Part shown: positions 36,029-47,830 of the stretch, piece after piece
Layout: each line of letters opens with the position of its first letter
Numbering within the stretch: the first letter of the stretch is position 1
NCBI RefSeq assembly: GCF_964213995.1
Contig: NW_027590255.1
Span: forward strand, 496,001-560,000
Direction: 5' to 3'
Length of the DNA: 64,000 bases
Origin: Mustelus asterias
Taxonomy: Eukaryota
Made by a program: the position numbers and the translations under genes
The notes under the pieces: model-generated
Told to the model about the DNA's origin: nothing
What the model saw: the letters and a program-made list of their open reading frames with translations, nothing else
Databases searched by the model: none

Positions 36029-37479
36029 ATCTGGGGTTATATTTAAACCCATCGGAATTCTGCCAGAGATTTCGTAGCGAATCCGCCCCATTTCCTCTTT
36101 ATGCCCTAAAATTCGCCCTTTAAAACGGTTTTTCTCCAACTGCTCTTTGAAAAAATTTTGCATCAGATTCCCCAGTTTTTTAGACAGCGTATTCAGGATT
36201 TACAGAAACTAGCTACCTATGTAAGTAAACATGTGTTTGCTCACAATATCTTTACTTTTTTAACAAATCATAATGAATCAATGTCCTCATGCAACAGGAA
36301 CAGTTTATGCCAATTTACTCTATTAAAGCTGTCCATGATTTTGAACACCTCCATGAAAACTCCTGTTAACGTGCCTGCCGACATCAAAAACTATGAATGC
36401 TGGAAGTACAAACTTAATTTTGAAAATCTGGATGTACACAAGTATGCACCTGCAGGGGTAAATAGTGATCAGGTTTAAACTTTCAGATCAACATCCTTTC
36501 ATCAGCACTGGTGAAAGTTACAAATGTGATCGAAGATTTTAAGAAAATGCTACAGAGAACGGCAGATGGCAAAAAAAAGGGAGGTTTGTGATTGTGTGCA
36601 ACACACGCGCATAAAATGGCAAACAGTCTAAAGGAAATAGTAAGAGTACAAGTAAAGATAGTGAGCACTGTGTCGTCAAGAGGGGTGCATGAGTTCCATT
36701 GGAGCACTAGAGAAGACCAAGGACAGAATGATCAGTGTGAGCAAAGCACAGAATTAAAATGATAGGAATTATCACAAATAGTGTGTTTCTTGTGGACTGA
36801 ATGGAAATGTTCCACAATCTGTACATCTGTCATAAGCATGTAGAGCAGAGTGCATTGTGAGCAGCAAATACAGCAGACTACATTTAAATGATTAGTCCAG
36901 TAGGATTCATTGAGGGGGTATCTGATGAGGAGAAAAGAGGTAAAAGGCCTGTTGTTGCACCTTGACAGGTGCCATGGAAAGTCAAAACGACAAATAGAAG
37001 CTGGTAGGAAAGGACTGCAGTATTCGGAGGGGAAGGAATGTTTGGTGAGAGCATCACACAAGCTAGAGGTGGTAAAAATGCTGAGAGCTAATCCATTGAA
37101 AAAGTTGGTAATTTAAAGGAGGAAGCATTATCATAATATAGAGAATATAGAGACGGGGTGAGAGCAGAGGTGTGGGACAAGAGCAGACACAGATGAGTAT
37201 GCTGTCAGCCACAGAGTGGGGAGATCAGTGGCTGAGGAAAAAGGAAGAAATATCAGAATTTCTCAAATGGAAAGCTCCATTATCAGTACGCATTGTTCAA
37301 GACCTTAATTATACGGCCAGGAGAAATATTGATGTATCTGAACGTTTTATGTTTCAATTTTGTAGAATACATTCAATGCTCACAATGTGGTTTGCTCTGG
37401 GTTGGATAGATTGAGTGTCTGCTTTGTGAAACACCTGTCTTCAGTCAGAACAAAGATTCAAATCCAAGCTTAAACTGAA

Positions 37480-38225
37480 GTCCCAACTCTAAACAAAGGA
37501 AACTCAGAATGTATTACAGGTGAGTTGGCGAAAATAGATTGGGAAACTCGATGAAGGGGCACGAAGGTGGATAGGCAGTGTCTGATATTTAAGGAAGAAA
37601 TGCTTGCATTGTAACAGTTGTACATTTCCTTCAGTCGCAAAAACATAACAGGAAAAATGACCCAATCATGGCTAATAAAATTAGGTATTATTAGATCTGA
37701 TGATGATTTTTATAAAGTTGAAAGAAAAAGTTGAAACCCGAAGGATTGGGAACAGTTTTTATTTCAGGAAAGGAGGACAAAGAGATTGATTAGAGGGATA
37801 AAATGCTGTACGAGAGTGAACTTGCAAGTCGCTGACAATTGGACTATTAAAGCTTATGTTAGTATGTGAAAAAATATAACAAAGATAAATTTAGGTGCTT
37901 TGCATTCGGATATGGGCAAATTTATAATGGAGAACAAGGAAATGGCAGCGCAATTAAATAAGTGTTTTCATGCTGTCTTCATGGAGGAACACACAAATAA
38001 CTACCCAGCAATGCTCAGGAACCATGGTCTAGAAATTGGGGGGATTTAATATTACTAAAATATATAGTGCTGGAGAAATTAATGGGACTGAGGGCTGAAA
38101 AATCTCCAAAGCCCAATAATCTACATCACAGGGTTCTAAACGAAGTGGCAATGGGAAGAATGGATCCAACATTCTCTACATTCTTTAACAGTCTAAGCAG
38201 TTTGGAGAGTGGAAAATGTAACCCC
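37480..38225 (+). mobile_element. Old CR1/L2-like ORF2 relic
   Basis: Degenerate linker/RT-proximal sequence (aaaatctccaaagcccaataatctacatcacagggttctaaa, ttggagagtggaaaatgtaacccc). Confidence 0.6.
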
Positions 38226-38227
38226 TG

Positions 38228-38928
38228 AGCACAGTTTCACAGCAGAGAGCACAGTTCCACAGCAGAGATCACAGTTTGACAGCAGAGAGCACAGTTCCAC
38301 AGCAGAGAGTATTTTTCCATAACAGGGAAATGAGTTCCACAGCGGAGATCACAGTTCCACAGCAGAGAGCACAGTTCCACAGCAGGGATCACAGTACCAC
38401 AGCAGATATTACAGTTCCACAGCAGAGAGCACAGTTCCACAGCAGGGAGCGCAGTTCCACAGCAGGGAGCGCAGTTCCACAGCAGGGAGCGCAGTTCCAC
38501 AGCAGAGAACACAGTTCCACAGCAGAGAGCACAGGTCCACAGCAGAGAGCACAGTTCCACAGCAGAGATCACAGATCCAGAGCAGAGATCACAGATCCAC
38601 AACAAAGATCACAGATCCACAGCAGAGATCACAGTTCCACAACGGAGAGCACAGTTCCACAGCAGCGAGCACAGTTCCGCAGCACTGAGAACTTTTCCAC
38701 AACAGGGAAAAGAGTTCCATAGCAGAGATCACAGTTCCACAGCAGAAAGTACAGTTCCACAGCAGGGATCACAGTTCCACAGCAGAAAGTACAGTTCCAC
38801 AGCAGGGATCACAGTTCCACAGCAGGGATCACAGTTCCACAGAAGGGATCACAGTTCCGCAGCAGGGATCACAGTTCCGCAGCAGAGATCACAGTTCCAC
38901 AGCAGAGATCGCAGTTCCACAGCAGAGG
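38228..38928 (+). repeat. 20-bp minisatellite (cacagttccacagcagagag), about 35 units
   Basis: Regular 20-nt period visible directly in the sequence. Confidence 0.97.
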
Positions 38929-39223
38929 ATCTATTTAGAAACAAGGAAGCAGAATTAAACAAGAAGAAGAAGGTTAGAAACAGGAGACATCTTGGGATTT
39001 ACATTAATGACCACTCAGTCCATTCTCCTTTGCCTGTGTGTGATCTTGTGTATCCTGACTATCTGTCGCTTCGTCTGTGTGTCTTTCTGTGTTTTCCATT
39101 CTTGGTGACAGTGGAATTGTGGCGCCAGGGGGAGCAGCCGAGCGCGCATGCACTCCAATGATGAACTCGGAAGTGAATACCTGTGACACATTCACAATAG
39201 CTCGCAGGCAATTTTAATTGTGT

Positions 39224-39295
39224 AGCAGAGTGGCGCAGCGGAAGCGTGCTGGGCCCATAACCCAGAGGTCAAAGGATCGAGACCATTTTCTGCTA
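39224..39295 (+). tRNA. Initiator tRNA-Met(CAT), T-arm variant (possibly a pseudogene)
   Basis: AGCAGAGTGGCGCAGCGGAAGCGTGCTGGGCCCATAACCCAGAGGTC is canonical iMet; 3' part AAAGGATCGAGACCATTTTCTGCTA deviates from GATGGATCGAAACCATCCTCTGCTA. Confidence 0.82.
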
Positions 39296-40486
39296 TTAGG
39301 TTTTGAGCAACAGCAAAAATAATTCCTCAGCGGCTCCTTCAAAATGATTTGACATTTCCGCCCAGGATGCTGTAATTTTCTTCCGCTTCTCGCTACTCGT
39401 TAACATTTGAATGAGCAACAGATCGCTAAAATGCCATTTACTCACACACGGACACAAGCTGTAAATGTTGCAAAGATACACAAGCCAAGGTTTTTCCCTT
39501 TCAGCCCGTTTCTCCCAAACAGCTGACACAGGCGTGATGATCCGAATGATCTTGAATTATTCACCATCACTCTATGATTGTCCGAATAGAAAAAAAGCTA
39601 TTTTCTTCAATGAAAACAATCTAGTGAAGTTTAGACATATTAGCTGCACTATTTCTGATCTCCAGGGCACCCTGCAGTAAGCCACCATGCTTATATGGAT
39701 GGGCAGCAGCGTCCTCCCTGTGACATGTACTATTGAGAAGGACAAGAATATCAGCACAGCGGACACAGCATCCCGTTAAAGACAGAGTTAATCCTTATTT
39801 GGACAGAAATCACTATTTTTTTCTTAATTACTGGTTTAAAACATGAAATTCAGTTCCCAAAATCACCATAAACTGAGAAAGTGAAGTTTCCTTTCTTCAG
39901 GCTTGCATTAGATACACATTGTATGAAATACTTTTTTCAGTCTCTCTGATTGTTCCCTTGATTCGCCTCTTCATAGCTGGATGGATTTTAACGTGTTCAG
40001 TTTACAACACATTTCACCCTTCTCGGCCTTACTTCAGGTCAAAACTGTGACCTGCGTGTGTCCTTTCTCCTCGCACTGAATGTCTGCCTCTAAAATATTG
40101 TGGTCACTCAGTGTTTGATGTTTATTTACTGTCAGATTATTAATTAATCCTGCTCCTGCCTCATTACTGAAATTCGTGGAACCTTTTGTCTTGTGCTTTC
40201 CAAAGCAAGGTGGAGGGCAGGAGTGATTAAGTAATAAAATAATTGGTGCTGCAAGGCGAAAGGGAGTGGGAAAGGAACAAGTAACAGCAAACAGAGATGT
40301 GTCTGAAGGAGGTGTGAATTGAAGAATGATGAACAACTGCCAGCTGAAAGCAAAATCAAGAGAAAATATAGATGAAAACCAAAAATCAAAATAAAATGGA
40401 ATCAATTATGACGGTTACTATCATATTAGAAATACGGGCAGGAGTCAGGCCATTCAGCCCCTCAGTCCTGCACCATCATTCAAGAA

Positions 40487-40812
40487 GGGGAGGCGATGGT
40501 CTCGTGGTATCATTGCTAGACTATTAATCTGGAAACTCAGCTAATGTTCTGGGCACCCAGGTTCGAAACCCTCCACAGCAGATGGTAGAATTTGATTTCA
40601 ATCAAAAGTAATTTGAAAATAAGAATCTAGTGATGGCGATGGAACCATTGTTGGAAAAATCCATCTGGTTCACTAATGTGCTTTAGGGCAGGAAATCTGA
40701 TGAAATTACCTTGTGTGGCCTACATGTGACTTCAGAGCGACAGCAATGTGGTTGACTCGATACGTGGATGGGTAATAAATGCTGGCCAGTGATGCACACA
40801 TCCTATGAATGG
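40487..40812 (+). mobile_element. tRNA-derived SINE (second family)
   Basis: Head with ggttcgaaacc B-box, body as at 34755, tail taataaatgctggcc...catcctatgaatg. Confidence 0.7.
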
Positions 40813-41115
40813 ACCAAGGAAAAAGATCATAACTAAAATAATTGTGGCTGCAATTCGACTTTTTGAACTTTTGCAGCAACCATTCACTCCCTTGTATAAT
40901 CTGTCTAATTCAGCCTAGAACATATTCAATGATCCAGTCTCAACTGTTGTCTGGGGAAGGGAATTCCACTGACTAACTATCCTCTGAGATGAGATGAGAG
41001 TGACTGCCCTCGACATCAAAACAGGATTTGACCGAGTTCAGCATCAAGGATCCTCAGCAAAAGCAAAGTCGATGGGAATCATGGAAACCTCTCCACTGGT
41101 TAGAACTTCATCCAC

Positions 41116-41232
41116 AGTAAGAAGTTTAACAACACCAGGTTAAAGTCCAACAGGTTTATTTGGTAGCAAAAGCCACACAAGCTTACGAGGCTGTAAGCCC
41201 CTTCTTCAGGTGAGTGGGAATTCTGTTCACAG
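41116..41232 (-). mobile_element. PLE terminus with a hammerhead-like motif (GAAA mutated to GTAA)
   Basis: Minus strand reads ccactcacCTGAAGAaggggcttacagcctcGTAAgcttgtgtgg...aataaacctgttggactttaacctggtgttg. Confidence 0.8.
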
Positions 41233-42549
41233 AATGTCAGACAGTAACACAACCTATTAGCTCACCCCCACCCCCCCATTCCAGACCATGTGATCTCCAG
41301 GGAGAGGCGAAAACCCAGAGTGAAAACCCCAGGGCCAATATGGGGAAAAAAAAAATCTGGGAAATTCCTCTCCGACCCCCTGAGGCGATCGAAACGAGTC
41401 CAGGAGATCACACTGGCCCTGATCGGAAAATTCATTCTGTATCTGAGTCTCATTGTGTGTCTGTCCAAAGGTGGTGCATGTGACTGCATGTAGTAATAAT
41501 TCTCTTCTTGGTGGTATTAGTTTTATTTTTGTTTGTATCGCTCTCATCCACAATATCAGTGTGTTCATTTTATTCTGTATCTGTCAGTCTCTGTACCTGT
41601 ATTTCAGTGCATGTGTTGCAGGACGGCAGTGGAATCACACACTGACTCTGTTTGACTGTTCTTCCTTTGCGCTTGATAAGCAATTGATAAAATACTCAAT
41701 GTATAGTGTATTTTCTATCTATCCTCTTAAATTTAATCAACATTTTTCCTTCTGACAGGCAAAGAGTTGAAACCAGCAGAATAAATGGAGCGATTCTTTC
41801 ACACAAGGTGAATTACAGCCAGCTCCTCACACACAGTAAGTGTCACTCACACACACAGCAGAGATGGCCAAGAGGTTCACTTGCTGGAGTTCTGATCCAT
41901 TGTGCTCTGCAAGCACAGGCCCCAAGCACAACATTGTTGTTGGTTTATGGTTCAGTCGTCTGGTTGGTGAGGGTTTCAACTAAATTGGCAGCGGGTTCGA
42001 CACCAGCATATAGAAGTAGCAGAAAGGAATAAGGGCAGAAAGGAGGGAGAGTGATGGATAATACTGGAGAAGGAGCAGACTAAGAAGCATTGAAGTTAGT
42101 CCTCTTCCAATTTAGAATGTCGACTTTAGATTGTTCCTTGCTAATGTCAAGCTTGTGATCCAATGATCACTGGATAAAAACACAGACACTTAATTCATGT
42201 GGCCAACCTTGGCCCACCCCATTCCCCAGCACCAGATCCAGCAATACTTTGTTCATAGTTTCTTGAGAATACTCTGGTCCAAGAAATTCTCTTGAACATA
42301 TTTGAAAATTCCCAGACAGATGAATGTATGAATTAGGAGCAGGTGTAGGCCACTTGGCCCCTTGCGCCTGCTCCACCATTCAATATGATCATGACAGGTC
42401 TGATTGTAACTCCAAACCCACATCCTTACCTATCCCCGATAATCTTTCACCTCCTTGCTTCCTCATAGCACCAGGGAGCCCGGTTCAATTCCAACCTTGG
42501 GTGACTGTCTGGAATTTGCACATTCTCCCTGTGTCAACATTTGTTCCTC

Positions 42550-43500
42550 TGGGTGCTTTTTCTGAGTGGCAGTCAGTGACTAGTGCAGTTCTGCAGGGAT
42601 CAGTGCCAGGACCCCAACTGTTCACATTATATATTAATGATTTAGAAGAGGGAACTAAATGTATTATCTCCAAATTTGCAGATGATACGAAGTTGGGTGG
42701 GAGGGTAAGCTGTGAGGAGGATGCAGAGTTACTTCAGCGTAATTTGGACAAGCTGAGTGCATGGACATCGCATGTCAGATGCACTATAATGTGGATAAAT
42801 GTGAGGTTGTCCACTTTGGTAGAAGGAATAGGAAAAAAGATTATTACATGAATGGTTGTAAATTTAGAGAGGTGGATATTCAATGAGATCTTGGAGTCCT
42901 CATGCATCAGTTGCTGAAATTAAGAGCGGAGGTACAGCAGGCAGTAAAGAAGGCAAATGGTATGTTGGCCTTAATAGCGAGAGGATTTGAGTACAGAGAT
43001 AGGGATGTTTTGCTGCAATTGTGTAGGGCATTGGTGAGGCCACACCTGGAGTATTGTGTGCACTTTTGGTGTCCTTATCTGAGGAAGGATGTCCTTGCTA
43101 TAGAGAGAGTACAATGGAGGTTTACTTGGCTGATTCCTGGGCTGGCAGATGTGTCATATGATCGGAGACTAAATCGCTTAGGATTCAGAGAGACGAAGTT
43201 GGCTGGAAAGAATATTCCAAATGGTGGGGGAGTCCAGAACTAGGGGTCTTGGTTGAGGATAAGGGGTAAAGCTTTTGGAACTTGGTGAATGTGCGGAATT
43301 CACAACCACAGAATGTAGTTGAGGCCAAAACGTTGTCTGGTTTCAAGAAGAAATTGGATCTAGCTCTTGGGTTCAAAGGGATCAAGGGATATGGGGGGGA
43401 GAGTGGGGATCAGGATATTGAATTCAATGATCAGAATGAATTGTGGAGCAGGCTCGATGGGCTGAATGGCCGACTCCTGCTTCTGATTTCTATGTTTCTA
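42550..43500 (+). mobile_element. Degenerate CR1/L2-like LINE 3' fragment
   Basis: ORFs 42324..42851 (QGSVPGPQLF, FADDTK) and 42902..43243. Confidence 0.85.
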
Positions 43501-43529
43501 CGCTCCAGTTTCCTCACACATTCCAAAGA

Positions 43530-44773
43530 TGTTTGAAGAGATAACAAATAGGTTAGACCAAGGAGAGCCAATGGATGTTATCTATCTTGACTTCCAAAAG
43601 GCCTTTGACAAGGTGCCTCACGGGAGACTGCTGAGTAAAATAAGGGCCCATGGTATTCGAGGCAAGGTACTAACATGGATTGACGATTGGCTGTCAGACA
43701 GAAGGCAGAGAGTTGGGATAAAAGGTTCTTTCTCAGAATGGCAACCGGTGACAAGTGGTGTCCCGCAGGGTTCAGTGTTGGGGCCACAGCTGTTCTCTTT
43801 ATATATTAACGATCTAGATGACGGGACTGGGAGCATTCTGGCCAAGGTTGCCGATGATACAAAGATAGGTGGAGGGGCAGGTAGTATTGAGGAGGTGGGG
43901 AGGCTGCAGAAAGATTTAGACAGTTTAGGAGAGTGGTCCAAGAAGTGGCTGATGAAATTCAACGTGGGCAAGTGCGAGGTCGTACACTTTGGAAAAAAGA
44001 ATAGAGGCATGGACTATTTTCTAAACGGTGACAAAATTCATAATGCTAAAGTGCAAAGGGACTTGGGAGTCCTAGTCCAGGATTCTCTAAAGGTAAACTT
44101 GCAGGTTGAGTCCGTAATTAAGAAAGCAAATGTAATGTTGTCATTTATCTCAAGAGGCTTGGAATACAAAAGCAGGGATGTACTTCTGAGGCTTTATAAA
44201 GCACTGGTTAGGCCCCATTTGGAGTACTGTGAGCAATTTTGGGCCCCACACCTCAGGAAGGACATACTGGCACTGGAGCGGGTCCAGCGGAGATTCACAC
44301 GGATGATCCCAGGAATGGTAGGCCTGACATACGATGAACGTCTGAGGATCGTGGGATTATATTCATTGGAGTTTAGGAGGTTGAGGGGAGATCTGATAGA
44401 AACTTACAAGATAATGAACGGCTTAGATAGGATGGACGTAGGGAAGTTGTTTCCATTAACAGGGGAGACTAGGACGCGGGGGCACAGCCTTAGAATAAAA
44501 GGGAGTCACTTTAGAACAGAGATGAGGAGAAATTTCTTCAGCCAGAGAGTGGTGGGTCTGTGGAATTCATTGCCACAGAGGGCTGTGGAGGCCGAGACGT
44601 TGAGCGTCTTCAAGACAGAAATTGATAAATTCTTGATTTCTCGAGGAATTAAGGGCTATGGGGAGAGAGCGGGTAAATGGAGTTGAAATCAACCATGATT
44701 GAATGGTGGAGTGGACTCGATGGGCCGAATGGCCTTACTTCCGCTCCTATGTCTTATGGTCTTATGGTCTTAT
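43530..44773 (+). mobile_element. Young 5'-truncated CR1/L2-like LINE (open RT C-terminal 385 aa) inserted in a SINE
   Basis: ORF 43529..44686 ([25 protein letters not shown]); (tcttatgg)n tail; host SINE ccaaagatgt|gcaggttagg is split by the insertion. Confidence 0.92.
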
Positions 44774-45613
44774 GTGCAGGTTAGGTGGATTGACCATGCT
44801 AACTTGCTTCTTTGTGTCCCAAGATGTGTAGGTTAGGGGGATTAGCAGGGTAAATGCATGGGGTTACAGGGATGCAGCAAGGAGTGGGCCTCAGAAAGAT
44901 GCTCTGTTGGAAAATCAGTGCTAACCCGAGGGGCCAAATGGCCTTCGTCGACACTGTAGGTATTCTATGATTTTCTATCCATCTCTGCAATCAAAATATT
45001 GAAAGATTTTGCTTGCTTTGCCTTTTGAGGAAGGGAGTTCCATCGACACACAACCCTCTGAGAGAAAATAATCTCGCCTCATCTGTGCCTCAAATGAATG
45101 ACCCTTTATTTTTAAACAGTGACCCCTCATTCTAGATTCTCCCACAAGAGGAAATATGCTCTTCATATCCATCCTGTCAAGACCACTCAGATCTGTAAAG
45201 TTTCAATCAAGTCGACACTTACTCTTCTAACCTCTCGCCTGCAAATTTATCCCCTCCAACATGTCCTCATGAGACAACCCGCTCCTTCCTGGTATTAATC
45301 CCGTAAACCTTCTCTGAACTGTTTCAAGCACATCTACATATTTAGCTGAAGCTAAACGAAGCATGTTATTTATTGGGAAAGTTATTATATATTATCTTTA
45401 TTTGTTCTAGCAAGTAGTCTCACAATACCAGGTTAAAGTCCATCTGGATTGTTTGGTGGCATGAGCTTTCAGCGCCTGCTCCTTGTTGGAGTGTAACCGG
45501 GGACAACTTTGATTGGATGTAATGTGACCAATGGGAACAAGATGTAAGGGTCAGCTGACCCAAAAAAGCATGGAACCAATCACAGAGTGATGTAATAGTC
45601 AGCTGATGAGCTG

Positions 45614-45942
45614 ATTCATTCTTGGCCTTTTGGCTGAGATCAGGTGTAGTATGGTCGGCTGCGCTTGGTTGAGGTCATTGGGTTGCACTGAAGCTTCGTG
45701 TGTTTCATATGAAGCAATTTTTTAAAAGCGGCATCTCGGCCTTTTGGCTAAGATGCAAATGAGCTCAAGTCTTGGAGGAGGAACCTCCCCCTTCTCCAAT
45801 CAGCTTGGCTCATGTAGATCAGGCCCAGGACAGGGTGATTTGGTCACTCGCCCTCTCTTGTCAGCCTGGATCTGAAATGTCTCAACTTGTTGAGACTCTG
45901 AATTGGATTTGATTTGATTGAATTGGAAAAGTATAAAAAAAA
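45614..45942 (+). mobile_element. U2 snRNA-headed, poly(A)-tailed short element (candidate SINE), copy 2
   Basis: Diverged U2 nt 1-39 at 45614-45652, internal gcatctcggccttttggctaagatgc, body colinear with copy 1, A-run 45935-45942. Confidence 0.8.
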
Positions 45943-45970
45943 TATATGCCCTGTTTGTGAACCCAATTCT

Positions 45971-46012
45971 CCACTCACCTGAGGAAGGAGAAGTGCTCCG
46001 AAAGCTCATGCT
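45971..46012 (+). ncRNA. Minimal type I hammerhead ribozyme-like motif in a PLE terminus
   Basis: cacCTGAGGAa-GGAG-aagtg-CTCC-GAAAgct-c-atg: core boxes, stem II and palindromic AGCT stem III. Confidence 0.6.
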
Positions 46013-46139
46013 ACCAAATAAACCTGTTCGACTTGAACCTGGTGTTGTGAGACTTCTTACCGTGCCCACCCCAGTCCAATGCCGGCATCACGACATCTGA
46101 TTTGTTCTAGTATAAGGTGTAAATTTTACATTGAAGACA

Positions 46140-47830
46140 CGTCAGGTGAAGACAGCTGAGTGGAATGTGTGGTTTGTCTCATGTGGGGAGTCTTGGATGC
46201 GGCCAGTGTCTTGAATGACCACATGTGCAGGAAGTGTTCCCAGCTGCAGAAACTGGAGCTCCAGGTTTCGGACCTTGAGGAGCAGCTGGACAGACTGTGA
46301 TGCATTTGAGAGGCTGAGAGTTATGTGGACAGCACATTTAGAGAGATGGTCACAGCAGAGCTCAAGGTACTAGAGGAAAGAAGGGAATGGGTGACCACTG
46401 AGCAGTCCAGGAAGAACAGGCATGTGGAATCATAGAATAGAATTATTGAATCCCTACAGTGCAGAAGGGGGCCATTCAGCCCATCGAGCCTGCACCAATA
46501 ACCATCCTACCCAGCCCCTATCCCCATAACCCCAGGTATTTACGCTGCCAATCTCTCTAACCTACACATCTTGGGGCACTAAAGGGCAATTTAGCATGGT
46601 CAATCCACCTAACATGCACATTTTTGGACTGTGGGAGGTAACCAGAGCACCAGGAGGAAACCCACACATAAACCGGGAGAATGTGCAAACTCCACACAAA
46701 CAGCCATCCAAGGCCAGAATTGAAGCCGGGTCCCTCATGCTGTGAGGCAGCAATGCGAACCACTTTGTCACCCTGCCACCCAAACGGGTACTGCAGGAGT
46801 CCCCTGGGATCCTAGTCACGAACATGTCTTCCATTTTGGATGCAGATGAGGGTGCTGATCAGCACCCCAGAGGAGTGCAGTCAGAGCCAAGATTCTGGCA
46901 CCACAAGCATCTTGCTTGAACAGCTGGGGAAGAAGAAGACAGGAAGAGCAATAGTGATAGGGAATTCATCAGTCAGTAGAGCAGACAGGCATTTCTGTGG
47001 CCAAGGATTTGACTTCAGGATGGTGTGTTATCTCTCTGGCCAGTGTCAGGGATGTCACTGAATCGCTGCAGGACATCCTGAAAGAGGAGGGTGATAGGAT
47101 AGAGGTTGTGATACATATAAAAGTAGCAGAAAGGAATAAGGGCAGAAAGGAGGGAGAGTGATGGATAATACAGGAGAAGGAAGTAATACCATGTTGGATA
47201 GAAGGAGACAAACAAGTACTATGAAGAATGTCCAGACAGGTTTCCAATGTATGTAAACACAAAGTGTGATAAATAAGGTTGATGAGCTTGAAGGACCAAG
47301 AGAAATGTGGGAATCTGATGCGAAGGCAATGACAGAAATGTGGCTTAAAGAGTGAAGACAGGGTGCTGAATATTCAAGAATTGTGTTCAGAAAGAGATAG
47401 ATAAGAGAAAAGGAGAGGGGGGATGACAATACTGACCAGGGAAGTCATTGTAGTGTTGGAGAGTGGAGATGTCCTTGAGGTGACAAGGACACAATCCAGT
47501 TGTTTAAAGTCTGAAATCAGTGTAATGGGAACTATTGAGAAAAATTGTGAGGGTCAAAATTAATCTCCATTTGCAGAGGCAAGGATTAATCAAGGATAGT
47601 CAGCATGGCTTTGTTCGGGGGAGATCATGTCTAACAAATTAGATTGAATTTTTTGGGGAGTTGTCTAGCCTTGTAGGTCAGGGCAGTGAGTTGATGTCGT
47701 CCACATGGACTTCAGTAAGGCATTTGCCAATGGAAGACTGGTCAAGAAGATATGAGCCCATGGGATCCAGTATAATTTGGAAAATTGCATCAAAACCTTT
47801 CGTAGTGGCATAAAGCAGAGGGTGATGGTC
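46140..47830 (+). mobile_element. Degenerate CR1 ORF1/ORF2 relic interrupted by a minus-strand HE1-like SINE (~46430-46790)
   Basis: HMCRKCSQLQKLE-like sequence at ~46220; AIVIGNS...RHFCG in ORF 46840..47061; RT remnants at ~47540-47830. Confidence 0.7.

Larger units (their letters stand above)
45411..46099. mobile_element. Composite insertion: inverted PLE termini enclosing ~460 bp of cargo
   Basis: Inverted terminus 45411-45483, direct terminus 45943-46099, 11-bp direct repeat atttgttctag at 45400-45410 and 46100-46110. Confidence 0.75.

Noticed and set aside
38228-38928. Repetitive ORFs 38237..38605 and 38276..38722 as proteins
   Set aside because: They are translations of a 20-bp minisatellite with no splice or promoter support.
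39158-39200. C/D-box snoRNA starting at atgatga
   Set aside because: No suitably placed D box (CTGA) or terminal stem before the tRNA.
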